A stretch of DNA of 64,000 nt from Cycas panzhihuaensis (Eukaryota > Plantae > Cycadophyta). The stretch spans positions 187,557,741 through 187,621,740 of the forward strand of contig CM041465.1 in NCBI GenBank assembly GCA_023213395.1, read 5' to 3'. The position numbers were made by a program, and so were the translations under genes. Positions 1 through 11,700 of the stretch are shown here, one piece after another. How positions within the stretch are numbered: position 1 is the stretch's first letter; every line of letters starts with the position of its first letter. The notes beneath the pieces were generated by a model. The model was not told where the DNA came from, made no database searches, and was given only the letters and a program-made list of their open reading frames with translations.

Positions 1-1611
1 ATAAACATTCCGAGGTGGGTTGCCTCCCCTTCCCATACCTCGTCCTCTGTATGCTTTTCCTCTTGGGTTGTAGAAACAGTCTTTTGTCATATGCGTATCC
101 ACATCGCATATATGGCACCATTTATCCTTTTGGTGCAATGCACTATTCTTAGGGTTAAGTTCACATTCTTTAGTCGTATGTGAATTCTCCTCACAGATAT
201 GGCACCATTTTGTCACTCTGCTTTCATGGTCCTTCTTCTTTGTCGTTTCTTCTTCTCTGTTGTTTCTTATTTTCAATCTCGCCACTTCTTTTCTTAGGGC
301 TTCTAGTTTTGATTCCTCTTCTGCTACTCCCACCTGGCAGAAAGGTCGATTATACTGATATTGTTTAAGTTCCCTGATTTCCTCTTACAATCTCAATAAG
401 AGGGAGTCGTGTCCTCCAGCTTGTGCACCCATCTCCATCTCAAAATCCAGTGCTAACTCTTGAGCATTTTTGAATGATTTTAACGGATGGGTATGCATCA
501 TGGCTCTCAATTTCTCATTCAATCCCCTAATAAAATAATTCTTCATATTGTGGTCAATGACCGTTTCATTAATCATGCTGGCCGCAATAATTTTCATTAT
601 GTTGATATAAGTTAACACTGATTCTCTTGGCCTTTGTTTAATTTCCCTCAGGGCAATTTCCACTACTTCATTGCTTCGGAATTTCTGGAATCTTTCTTCG
701 AAGGATTTCTTTATTTTTGCCCATGAATCATTCTTGTTTACTTCTTTGTACCATGCCAACAATACTCCCCTTAGTGTATAGGTGAATCTGGCTTTTATCT
801 CATCCTCGTCTATAATCTTCTTCACGTCAATCAGATTCTGAAAGAGGTATACATGTTCGGCTGCATCCGAAGTGTCGTTGAAAATCAACTTCCCAAAGTC
901 TCTATAATCATCCATCTTGGGAGATTGTAATGGTGTCCCACCTGGTGGTGATTCTTCCCCTTTCTCCTCCTGACTGGATTTGGTCTCTTTCCCTTCACTC
1001 TTCTCCTTTGGAGATGCACTTGGAGTGCCTACTGCAGTATTATCCTTCCCAAATAACAGATTCTTAAATGGGGTTTTAATATGTATAGGTTGTACTACAC
1101 CTAGTACTTGTATTGTTAATGGTGTCACTGTTATGTATGATTGATCAGATCCCTTGTCTGATGAATCCTCAAAAAACTGTCTTGTGAGATTATTTTCCCA
1201 ATGTGCCGAGGGACCTTCCTCCGCCTTCTTCTTGCTATCACTTAGGTCCTTCGGACTGTCCTCCACAGGTATACTTCCCTCTTTTGTTACTGTGTCTTTA
1301 TATTCTTCATCCACCTTTGGTTTTTCTTCATATTTTGGGCTAAACAGGTCATCCTTGATTGGGGCTGGTGTTAATACCATACGTTCGCCATTAGTTCCCT
1401 CTTCTTGTTCTTGAGGTGTCTGGGCTCCACTTGCCTCAGATTTTTCAACGGACTGTCCCTTAGTCTCGTTGTTCTGCGAACTTAATCTCCTTGCCCTTCT
1501 CAGTTTTGACTCTTTTGACCATCGTAATGCCCTCTGTCTGCTTGTTTCTTTCCCTTTGGGTGAAGTATCCTTTGGTGGCTCTTCCACCTTTGAAGGCCTT
1601 TTAGGTGGCAT
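1..1611 (-). CDS. gag: Gypsy gag: low-complexity N-terminus, capsid (retrotransposon gag) domain, two CCHC zinc knuckles, RG-rich tract; one in-frame stop at 385-387
   Basis: 408-aa ORF with a capsid-like region (FTYTLRGVLLAWY...IKQRPRESVLTY...YFIRGL). Hand translation past the TAA stays open to base 1 and gives CHICEENSHTTKEC, CHICDVDTHMTKDC and RGRGMGRGG. Confidence 0.85.
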
Positions 1612-1744
1612 TGGAAGGTCCCCGTCACGGAGGTTTAGTTATAGCCCCGCCATCATGATGATGCCTGTGGTCCTCTTCCCTTTACACATTCCTCTTTTGA
1701 GACTCCAGGCCCCGCCTCCTCAATGGACGAGGCAATGTAACCAA

Positions 1745-2577
1745 TGTTGACTTAGATTTCCCACTGCACTTGTGGGAAGGTACACTTGTCAAGGTTACAC
1801 AGGTTATAGTCTAGTTTAGGACACAGTCAACATCATCATCCACATATATTCTACAGATTTATTAATGTTTCCACATAATTATATCACAACAGCACACAGC
1901 AGTACAGAAATCAGCACATATTCCACATTCAATACAGAGAATACACAATTTCCATGTAACTTCTTATGTCATTAAGCAATAGTTCTTTTACACAAGGTGC
2001 TGAAATGCATTCCCTGTGCATTCCAGCCTTATACACTAACTTTGTCACATGCATACCTAGGAGGTGCCCATCAAAATACATGGCTTCAGGCTGCTTCCAT
2101 GCGTACTGGTCTACGTACCAATATGTACTGATATACTTGGCTCTCACCCTAACCGAATGGTCCTTGGGAAGCCTCATAAATACGCTCCTTGGTGTCTTTT
2201 TGCTAAAGGGTTATGACTGTCTGTCATGACCGTACCTTTCCAGTCAAGCGTACCTCTTCCTAACCATTGGTTAGTTTCCTTAATTGGCTGTCTTAATCTC
2301 ATCTGTACGTCCGTACGTACGTCTGACATCACCCCAGGCTCCCTTCTATCCAGTCTTCTCATGCGTACCGATCCTGTTTGCTTGCATTCTGCCAGGAGGT
2401 ACGTATCTGTGTTGCGTACCTTTACCAGGTATGCACCTGTCATACGTACCCAGAATGCTGGATTCTTCACTTTTCGCTGTATACGTACCTCCGTACGGTC
2501 CGTACCTGCACAGTCCAAGGATATTCGGCTCCTCTCTAGTCTGCCCATAGCCCAACGTGTCACATTATGCTCCAACA
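1745..2577 (-). repeat. 5' LTR (~833 bp) of the left Gypsy element
   Basis: TG...CA termini on the minus strand and an adjacent PBS-like motif. Its 3' part aligns with about 36300-36690. Confidence 0.7.
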
Positions 2578-3136
2578 GATGGCATTGTCATCCATTTTTA
2601 GAGACAGATATTGAGCAGATCTTGGAGTTGTGTGTGTATAAGCGGTGGAGGGAGGTGTGCCATTGTGGAGAGACGAGACGGGGGTCCTCTCTAGGCCCCA
2701 GTTTTGTAGACGCCATGCCATTTACCAGTCCCTCTGGCTGCATATTTTGACCCAGACAGGTCAGAAAATTGGGAGGCAGGATGGATACGGAGATCCAAAA
2801 GAAGTGAGTAACCAGACGTAACAGATCTTTATTCTCGATCTAGCTGGAGACAGGCAGAGATAGTCTTGGAGAGATCAAAGGAGTGTTGGGACATCCTTGC
2901 GGAGGTTGGATGGACAGAAAGGCTATGGAGGGAAGCTATATGGAGAAGAGGTAATAGAGATGGGTGGACAGATTTGCTTGGAAGGATTGTGCCACCAGAA
3001 GGACACCAGAGGCAGGATGAAAAGACCTACAGATATTTCAACAGAAGAGGAAAGACAAAAGTTGAAAGATATGTGAGTCAGGCTATCTTTCCTTAGCATT
3101 TATTTTTTATTTTTTTGTCTGGAAATACATATAAAA

Positions 3137-4299
3137 TGGAGAAGGAACCAAGAAACCAAAACCAGTCTCATAATTTCTCCTAGGGGAGATCCTATTCTGG
3201 GGTTTTAAGATCAAGAGAAGAGGAGGACTATGACTTAACCACTATAATCCAAGTTAACAAAGCCAGATTACAAATCCCTAAAGAACTGGTGGAGAAAACG
3301 GAGAAATATTGGGAGAATTGTCTAGTTGGTAGATTCTTCGGACTTAGACTGGGATTGGAAGTCATAAGGAGTTGGACTAGGAATAGATGGAGGATTGCGG
3401 GTCTTATGGAAGTTATAGCGATGCCAAAGGGGTGCGTCTTGTTTAAGTTTTCCGTGCAAGAAGATATGGCCAATATTCTCCTGAAGGCACCTTGGATGCT
3501 AGGGAGAAAAGCCCTAATGCTGGAAAAATGGCACAATGATTTTGACCCCTTGATACCGATGGTTAAGCAAGCACCAATGTGGATCCAACTTCCTGGGCCC
3601 CCACTATAGTTATGGAATATGGAGGTCCTGAAGGGGGTGGCGAAAGCCATTGGCCCCCTTCTAGTAGTTGATTTTGCCACTAGAAACAGAAGTAGGCTAA
3701 TTCATGCTAGGTTCCGTGCCCTGGCTAGGATTGATAAACCCCTCCCAACTGAAGTGTGGATTGACATGGAGGATTGGAGCAAGGCGCAACTGCTGATCTA
3801 TGAGATGGATAATTTCATATGCTTGGTATGCGGAAGGCTGGGCCACCTGCCTCAGAAATGCCCCAGGGGTAGGAAAGAGGAGGAGGCAAAATAGGAAGAG
3901 GACAATACACTAGAGGACAATTCACAGAAGATGGAGGAACCCCAAGAGATGGGGAAAGATGAGAGCCCTCTTCAGGAGCATGGGGGTGAGGGGTTGGGAT
4001 TTAATCCCAATGAGGAGGATACTCTCTCTGAGGAGGGAGAGGAGGAGGCTTAAGCTCCAGGTTTGGTAGAGGGGGATGGGGAGTTGGGGAAACATGTCTC
4101 GGAAGGAGAGACCAAGGAGACTCCACCTGAGGTGGATCAGAAGGAAGTGGGTCAGAGGAAGATTGTGGATGTTGGGTCTGAGAGGCGGGTGGGCAGGCCC
4201 CCCCTAAAGATATTGAGAGAAAGGGAAGCGATAGTTCAAGTAGACCAGGGTAATCAGAAAACCTTGAATGATGGATTCCTGGAAGGGCCCAGGCTATAA
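3137..4299 (+). pseudogene. LINE ORF1 remnant (DUF4283-type RRM-like region + CX2CX4HX4C knuckle)
   Basis: WENCLVGRFFG...FKFSVQEDMANILLKAPWML...LEKW...WIQLPG and CLVCGRLGHLPQKC, with in-frame stops. Confidence 0.85.
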
Positions 4300-4369
4300 G
4301 ACCTAGAGCTGAAGGACGTGATCCACCTAGAGAAGAGACAGCGGAGATCTGGAAGCCAAGGAAAAAGAG

Positions 4370-7300
4370 ATGAAGCTTATCTCGTGGAATGTTAGGGTGA
4401 TGAATGCCCCCTCTAAACAAAGGATCTTAATAGATATGAGGTTGAGAGAACAACTAGATTTAATCTTTCTATAGGAAACTACACTAAAAATGGATAAGCT
4501 TAAGAGCTAAGAATAGAATCAGGAAGAAAGTGGAATGCAAATGAGTAAATAACAACCAAGGGGCTGGAGGTCTAATGGTGATGTGGAATCCAGATGAATG
4601 GATAGGGGAAACTTTCAAGGAGGGGGAATCTTATATCTCTATGTGGTTCACCTGTAGGAGAAACAATCTAAAATGCCTGGCTACAAATGTCTATGCCCCA
4701 AATCTCCCTGAGGACAGAAGGAAATTGTGGCACAAAATCTTGGTAGACCATGGTGGGTGTGGAGCGCCTTGGCTAGTGGCTGGCGATTTCAATACGGCCC
4801 TATGCCTGGGTGAGAAGAGAGGGGGCCAAGAGGGGTGGTTGAACAACATGCATGAGCTTGGTTGTTTCATGCAGAAAGGGGGGTTAGTGGATGTTACGCT
4901 TAGAGGAGCATATTTCACCTAGTCAAACAAGAGGTTGGGGAACCAACTTATCCAAATTAAGTTGGATAGAGTCTTGGTAAATTTTGAGTGGGCTAGGTGC
5001 TTTAATGACTTTATTTTAGAGGCTTTACCAAAAGTTAGATTAGACCACCCTCCTCTTCAGTTTGTTTTCTCAGATTTTAAGAAACATAAGGGATCTCCTT
5101 TCATATTTGAACTGATGTGGGTCAGACATCCAGATTTTAGAAAGAAGGTTGAGGAATGGTGGAAGGTTCTAGTTCAAGGGCATGCCATGTATAGATTTTC
5201 GAAGAAGTTGGACTGGGTAAAGAGGCAAGTGAAGAGTTGGAACAAAGAGGTGTTCCAGAATATTCACGGAACAAACTATTAAGGATCTGAACATTATTGA
5301 AAGTAGGATCTAGGAAGAAGGCAAGACTCAGACTCTGGACAAAAAAAAAAGGATATCTAGTTGAGAATCTAGAGGAGTTGTTAATTAAAGAAGAAATACA
5401 CTAGAGGAAAAAATCGAGGGCCATATGGCTTGCAGAGGGACATAAAAACACTAAATTTTTCCATATGACCACAGTAAATCATAGAGCAAGCAATAGGATT
5501 AGCAAACTCCAAAGGGAAGATGGCTCATAAGTGAACTATCTAGAAGATTTAAAGGATAAAGCTATTGCTTACTTCAGGGATTTGTTTATAGAACCACAGG
5601 GTGGGGATAAGGATGCTAGAAAGGATTTCCTGAGGACTATTCCCAGATTGGTCAATGAAAGTCAGAATGTTATGCTGGCAACTCCCTTTACTTAGGAAGA
5701 AGTGAAGAAAGTAGTCTTTGGCATGAATAGAGAGAAAGCTCCTAGACCGGATGGTTTCCCCCCAGGTTTTTTCCAGGAATTCTGGGATATCATCAAGGAA
5801 GACCTTATGGAGGCTATGCAAGAGTTTCATACAAACCAAAAGATCCTTTGGGGAGGCAAGCCACATTTCTGGTCCTAATCCCAAAAAAGGATGGGGCAAA
5901 AAGGTTGGAGGAGTTCTGCCCTATCAACCTTTGCAACATGAAGTATAAGATCTTAGCAAAGGTGATGGCTAACATATTAAAAGAGATTATTCCTCGAATT
6001 ATCTCTCAGAATCAGGACGGTTTTGTGCAAGAAAGACAGATCACAAATGGTATAATTGTTGTCCATGAAACTCTCCATTTAGCTAATGAAAGGAAGGAGC
6101 CTAGTATGCTAATAAAAATTGATCTTTCGAAGGCTTATGATAGAGTCTCCTGGGATTGCCTCTTGGAGTGCTTGGATGTGTTTGGGTTTGGAGAGAGGTG
6201 GAGAGAGTGGGTGAATCTCTGCATCTCCAATCCTCAATACTCTATTATTATTAACGGCACATCCTCTAGATTTTTTCAGGATATAGAGGGCTGAGATAGG
6301 GAGACCCCTTATCCCCTTACCTTTTTATAATCTTGGCTGAACTGTTGGTTAGGGCCACGGAGGAAGCCAGAAGACAGGGGATTGTTAAAGGACTAAGACC
6401 TACATCCGGTGTGGCCAATATTGTGCACCACCAATTTGTAGACGACAACATATTTATGGGGAAAGCAGCCATAAGGGAAGCTCACAGGTTTAAAGAAGGA
6501 TTGAAAAGATTTGAGTTGGCCACAAACCAGAAGGTAAATTTGAATAAAAGCAACGCTTATTTCATAAACACCTCGGTAACTATCCAAAGGAGGATTAGTA
6601 GAATTTTAGGGATGGAGATCCGGAAGTTGCCTACCATTTACCTAGGGATGTCCCTATTTGTAGGGAAGATGACAAGGGATATGTGGGACCCTATTATTGA
6701 TCGGATTCAGAAGAAGCTAGCTGGATGGAAGGGGGCTCTTCTTAGCCAAGTTGGAAAGCTCCAACTAGTGGCTACTTCCTTACAAAGTGTTCCCGTCTAC
6801 TGGATGTCTATATTCAGACTACAAAGTAGGGTCTCAGCGATGCTGGAATCCATCCAGAAAAGATTCCTCTAGTTTGGGCTTGAGGAGAAGGATAGAATTC
6901 ACTTGGTGAGGTGGAACAAAGTTTGTGTCCCGAGATGGGCTAGAGGCCTAAACTTGAGAAGAATGCCACTATTTAATATTGCGTTAGTGGCAAAGCTCGG
7001 ATGGTGCATGATTGAAGCCGGGGAAGGCCTATGGGAAAAGATCCTGTCCCAAGGGTATCTTTAGGGCATCTCTCTATTAAATGAGAATACAATCCCTTCC
7101 ACTGGATCAACGGTCTGGAGGAGTATTCTTAAGTCTAGAAGCATGTTGAAGGCTGGGGTGAGATGGAAATTGGGTGATGGGAATACTATTAACTTTTGGG
7201 AGGATGCCTGGTGCAGTGATAAGTGCTTGAAGAGTAGGCCTGATCTTGCTCCCCTTCAAGCCCCTTGTGAGAGGTGCTATGGGGTTTGTGTGAAGGATTA

Positions 7301-8556
7301 TTGGATAGGTGGGGGAAGAGGAAGAAGGTGGAGGAGTTTTGAGGACCTTCAAGGGGAGATTATCTCCCAAGAGAGGATTGAAAATCTGAGAAGGGAACTT
7401 GACAAGTGCTACATCCCTAAAACAAAAGCTATAGATTCAGTGGTTTGGTCCTCGACTCAATCAGGGGAGTATTGAGTGAAGCAGGGATACCACTTTTTAT
7501 GTATAGAGAGAGGGGATCAGAGAAACAAGCTATTGGAAGGAGTATGGAAATTAGATCTAATTCCAAAAATAGTTGTTTTTTGGTGGATTTGTTTGAAGAA
7601 CAAAATTTTAACGGCAGACAACCTGATGAAGAGAGGATTCCAGTTGACAAACAGGTGTGTTCTTTGCTGCAAGGAGGAGGAATTTGTGAACCACATTCTT
7701 CTTCATTGCTCCTATTCAGGGAGGTATGGAGATTATTGTTTGACCTCTTTGATGTCCAATGGGTGCAATCAAGGAATATAGTGGATCAATGGATCTCTTG
7801 GAAGAGCCCTTATAGGAGCAGAGTTCTCGGTCATATTGGGAGAATTTCCTTTCTGTTGATGTCGTGGAACTTATGGAAAGAAAGAAATAAGAGGCTTTTA
7901 TAGGACAGACAGATGGATGCAAATAGAATTTTCAATACCATTTAGATTGGGATCAGGGAGAATGTAAAGCTCATAGAGGAGAAGCATATATTGGCGACAG
8001 AAGGGACGATCCTGGATAAGTGGGGGTTAAGGTCAATAATCCAGGAGAGAAAGAGAAGGATATGCTCCTAGGTTCCACTGGAGGAGCACTGGGTAAAAAT
8101 AAATTTTGATGGGACTTCAAAAAAAACCCTGGGGAGGCTGGAGGTGGAGGAATCTATAGAGACGGCAAAGGGAATGTCATCTGGGCTTTTGCAGAGTACT
8201 ATGATCAGCAAAGGAACCACAGTGCAGAGATGGAAGCTATGCTAAAAGTTGTGGAGTTGGCATTAGAGGGAGGCTTCAGCAAGGTGGTGTTTGAGGGTGA
8301 CTCACTTAATGTGATAAAACTTTTGAATGGTTCAGCCACACCAGAATGGAGAACTCGGGCTATGGTCAAGGATGCCCAGGAAGCCTTAAAGGGTTTGGAG
8401 AGTGTCCAACTATAGCACATCTACAGGGAAGGTAATAAAGTGGCAGATAATCTGGCTAACTGGGGAGTGAGGAACAGGAGATCTACTGTATGGAGGGAGG
8501 ACATCCTAGAGGAATCTATGAGATTGGTTGAGGGGGGAAGGGTCCGTGAGAGCTAG
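4370..8556 (+). pseudogene. LINE ORF2 remnant: APE endonuclease, reverse transcriptase, zf-RVT, RNase H
   Basis: Endonuclease: MKLISWNVR, NVYAP, GDFN, KLDRVLVN, DHPP. RT: KIDLSKAYDRVSW, GDPLSPY, QFVDD. zf-RVT: CVLCCKEEEFVNHILLHC. RNase H: WVKINFDG, FEGDSLNVI, HIYREGNKVADNLAN. Confidence 0.92.
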
Positions 8557-8736
8557 CCAAGGGGCTTGTCCTGGCAAGATTTAGTTTGATTTTGATGTTG
8601 TTTTATATTTTGGCCGTGGGGTTGTCATGGTCAATTTGTGCCTCGGATTATACATTTTATTGATGTACTAGGTTGTGGGATCTTATTTTAAAACCCACGA
8701 TTTATTTATTTTACCTAATCAAAACAAAAAAAAAAA

Positions 8737-11700
8737 GCACGCGGCATGCATAAAACAAATTGGAGTTGATTCACACAAATCTCTATAGTCCTATCACACC
8801 AAATTCCTTGAATGGTGCTTAGTATTTTCTTACTTTCATCGATGATATTTCAAAAAAAACTTGGATTTATTTTTTGTTTAACAAATCAAAGGTGATTGAC
8901 CACATCAAAGAATTTAAAGCAAAAGCAGAATTAGAGAGTAACAAAAAAATCAAATGCATTTACTCTGATGGTGGAGGCGAATATATGTCAAAGGAATTCC
9001 ATCATTTCTACAAAACTCATGGAATTCATAGACAAGTAACTACACCTTACTCACCACAGTCGAATGGTGTAGTAGAACAAATGAATAGGACCATACTGGA
9101 GATGGTTCGATGTTTGATTCAAGACAAACAAGTTACTAAAAATATATTGGGCAGAAGTTGTTAATACTGCAGTATATTTGATAAATAGGAGTCCAACACA
9201 AACTCTTCATAGAGTCACTTTAGAAGAGGTTTGGACTGGACAAAAACTAGATGTAAGTAACCTCAAAGTTTTTGGTTGCAAAGCCTATGTTTATATTCCA
9301 GATAAAAAATGAACTAAGATTGATAGCAAAAGTATAAAATGTATAATGATAGGATATAGCAATAGATCAAAGGCCTACATATGTATAGATCCAAAAACCA
9401 ATAGGGTCTATGTCAACAGAGATGTAGTATTTGATGAAAGCCTTGAAAGTGGTCAAAAAATATGTCAAGAGATAGAAACAACATCGTAAACCTTTCTTAA
9501 GCCTATTTCAACTTCTTTAGATGAAGACTTTGAAATCACTTCAGAGAATATTGATTCAAGCAATGAAACTTTTGAAGCTAGGTCTCCAAACAACAACTAG
9601 GTTAGTCCTTCTATCAAAGGAAATATTCTAGAAGGAAAGCAAAGGATTGTGTTAAAGAAACAAGCTCCTAAGAAGATACCAAAATGGTATCTTAAAATAA
9701 TTGAAGAAATAAAAGGAAATGTTTTCGAATACAGGACAAGATCTCAAAGACGTCAAGCACTAGCCTGCTTTGTTGAGTCTAATACATATGAAGAAGCAAG
9801 CCAACACTCCAAATGGAAAATAACAATGGATGCTAAAATTGCAACAATTACTAAAAATGAAACCTAGGAACTGGTCGAACCTCCTACAAATAAATCCATT
9901 GTCAATTGCAAATGGGTATACAAAGTAAAAGAGAAATCCAATGGGGAAATTGAAAAGTATAAAGCAAGGCTAGTCGCCAAAGGGTATAGTCAGACCGTAG
10001 GTATAAACTATCAAGAAATGTTCTCGCTAGTGGATAAACTGAACACTATGAGAATAGTAATTGCATTAACTACTCAACAAAATTGGAAAATATTTCATCT
10101 TGATGTAAAGAGTGCCTTCTTAAATGGAGACCTAAAAGAGAAAGTGTATGTGCATCAACCTGAAGGCTGTGCAAAATCAAGATAAGAAAATCTGGTGTGC
10201 AAGTTAAAGAAAGCCTTATATGGGCTTAAACAATCTCCAAGAGCATGGTATGCAAAACTAGACAAATATCTTGTTCACAACAACTTTTACAGGTGTCAAT
10301 TTGATCCAAGTTTGTATGTAAAGTTCAATAAGGGTCTGATAACCATTATAGTAGTGTATGTAGATGATATGTTGCTCATAAGTGTTGGAAAATAGAACCT
10401 GCAATAAGATATATTCACAAACAGAACAAAAGAACCTCCACAGGATCGAACGGTACCCTCAAGGTACCTCCATTATATTAACAAAACATCGTTACAACAT
10501 GATTACATGTGATACACTGTGTATGTATTTATAATATATGACATGATAGTGAGAGTAGGACCCACTTGCATGTGGGACAAAACAAATGTGCATTATCAAT
10601 ATTCCAACACTCCCCCTTAATGCACATTTGGGTCATTTGTATTTGCAATGCCTTGTCCTTGAAAATGTCTTGAAGATGATGTCTTCAACTTGATCCTTGT
10701 CTTCAATTTTGTAGTGATGTCTTTGCTGTAGAATGATGTCTTCATCTTGACTTTCATCTCCAATTTTGTACTGATGCCTTTGTAAGATGATGTCCTTAGC
10801 TTGATTTCCATCTTCAATCTTGTAGTGATGATGTTGATGTAGCGGCTCTAGCAAGTGCAAATCCTGATTCTTCATTGTGGCTGGTCTAGTCTGATTTTGA
10901 TGAAGATCCTGTAAATAACCTTCTTCAAACACAACTTGTTTGTCATCATTATCCTGTATAAGTTCTTGATCACCATGTACAACAATGATTTCTTCAACCT
11001 TAGGAGTGGAGTCTTGATCAACTTGCATACTTTTTGAACTTGAATCAATGCTCAAAGAAGGAACATCATTCAGACTTGAATCAATACTTAAAGTAGGAAT
11101 ATTATCAATATAAGACTCATCCTTTATAGGACCATCGGATTCATATTCAATTTCTCTTGAAATCATGGTGTCATCTATATAAACCTTTATCAACTCAACA
11201 CTTTCAACATCTTCATTAGTAGTTGTAGTCTCCCAATACATTCAACCACCATTTCTTTACATTCAGTATAAATTTCATTAGTACTCATACATTCTTCATC
11301 TTGACATGTCGTTTCATCAGTGTTGATTATATTTTCTTCATTCATTGTACCTGTACCATAACCATAACTGGCCTTAATTGCCTTTTCAATCATTCCTTAT
11401 GTCTCTTTAGGAGTTTGTTCAAATACTTCCCTTAGAAAATCCCAAGCTTCTTTAGCAGTACTTGCATGTAGAATCATAGGAATGAAAAAATGGTATTTAG
11501 AAGGAAGATCAGTCTCATTGAATGCAGCACGAATCATAATGAATGCCTTTCTGTCTTTCTTCTCAAGCATTTCCTTTTCTTCTTCATCCTTGTGGATATC
11601 TTATTCATCAGTAACAATCTTCCACAAACCTCTAACTATGAATAAACATCTCATTTTAATTGTCCAAAAGAAGTAGTCTTCACCATTCCACTTAGGTACT

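Larger units (their letters stand above)
1..2577 (-). mobile_element. Ty3/Gypsy non-chromovirus LTR retrotransposon (5' LTR + gag), young copy, truncated by the left window edge
   Basis: Minus-strand LTR TGTTGG (2577)...TCAACA (1745), then a PBS-like TGGTTACATTGCC, then a gag ORF from 1611. Protein and LTR/PBS are clearly homologous to the element starting near 35922. Confidence 0.85.
2578..8736 (+). mobile_element. L1-clade LINE retrotransposon, near full length, degenerate, RNase H-bearing, with poly(A) tail
   Basis: ORF1 and ORF2 remnants in the correct order, and an A tail at 8721-8736 directly followed by Copia coding sequence. The 5' boundary is uncertain because the Gypsy LTR abuts it. 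Confidence 0.92.

Noticed and set aside
2174-2750. Overlapping ORFs of 70-174 aa on both strands
   Set aside because: They lie largely in the GTAC-rich LTR and have no recognisable domain; they are by-products of base composition.
10680-10830. Regularly spaced repeats suggesting a CRISPR-like array
   Set aside because: The units are contiguous coding tandem repeats without unique spacers, in a eukaryotic retroelement, and no cas genes are present.
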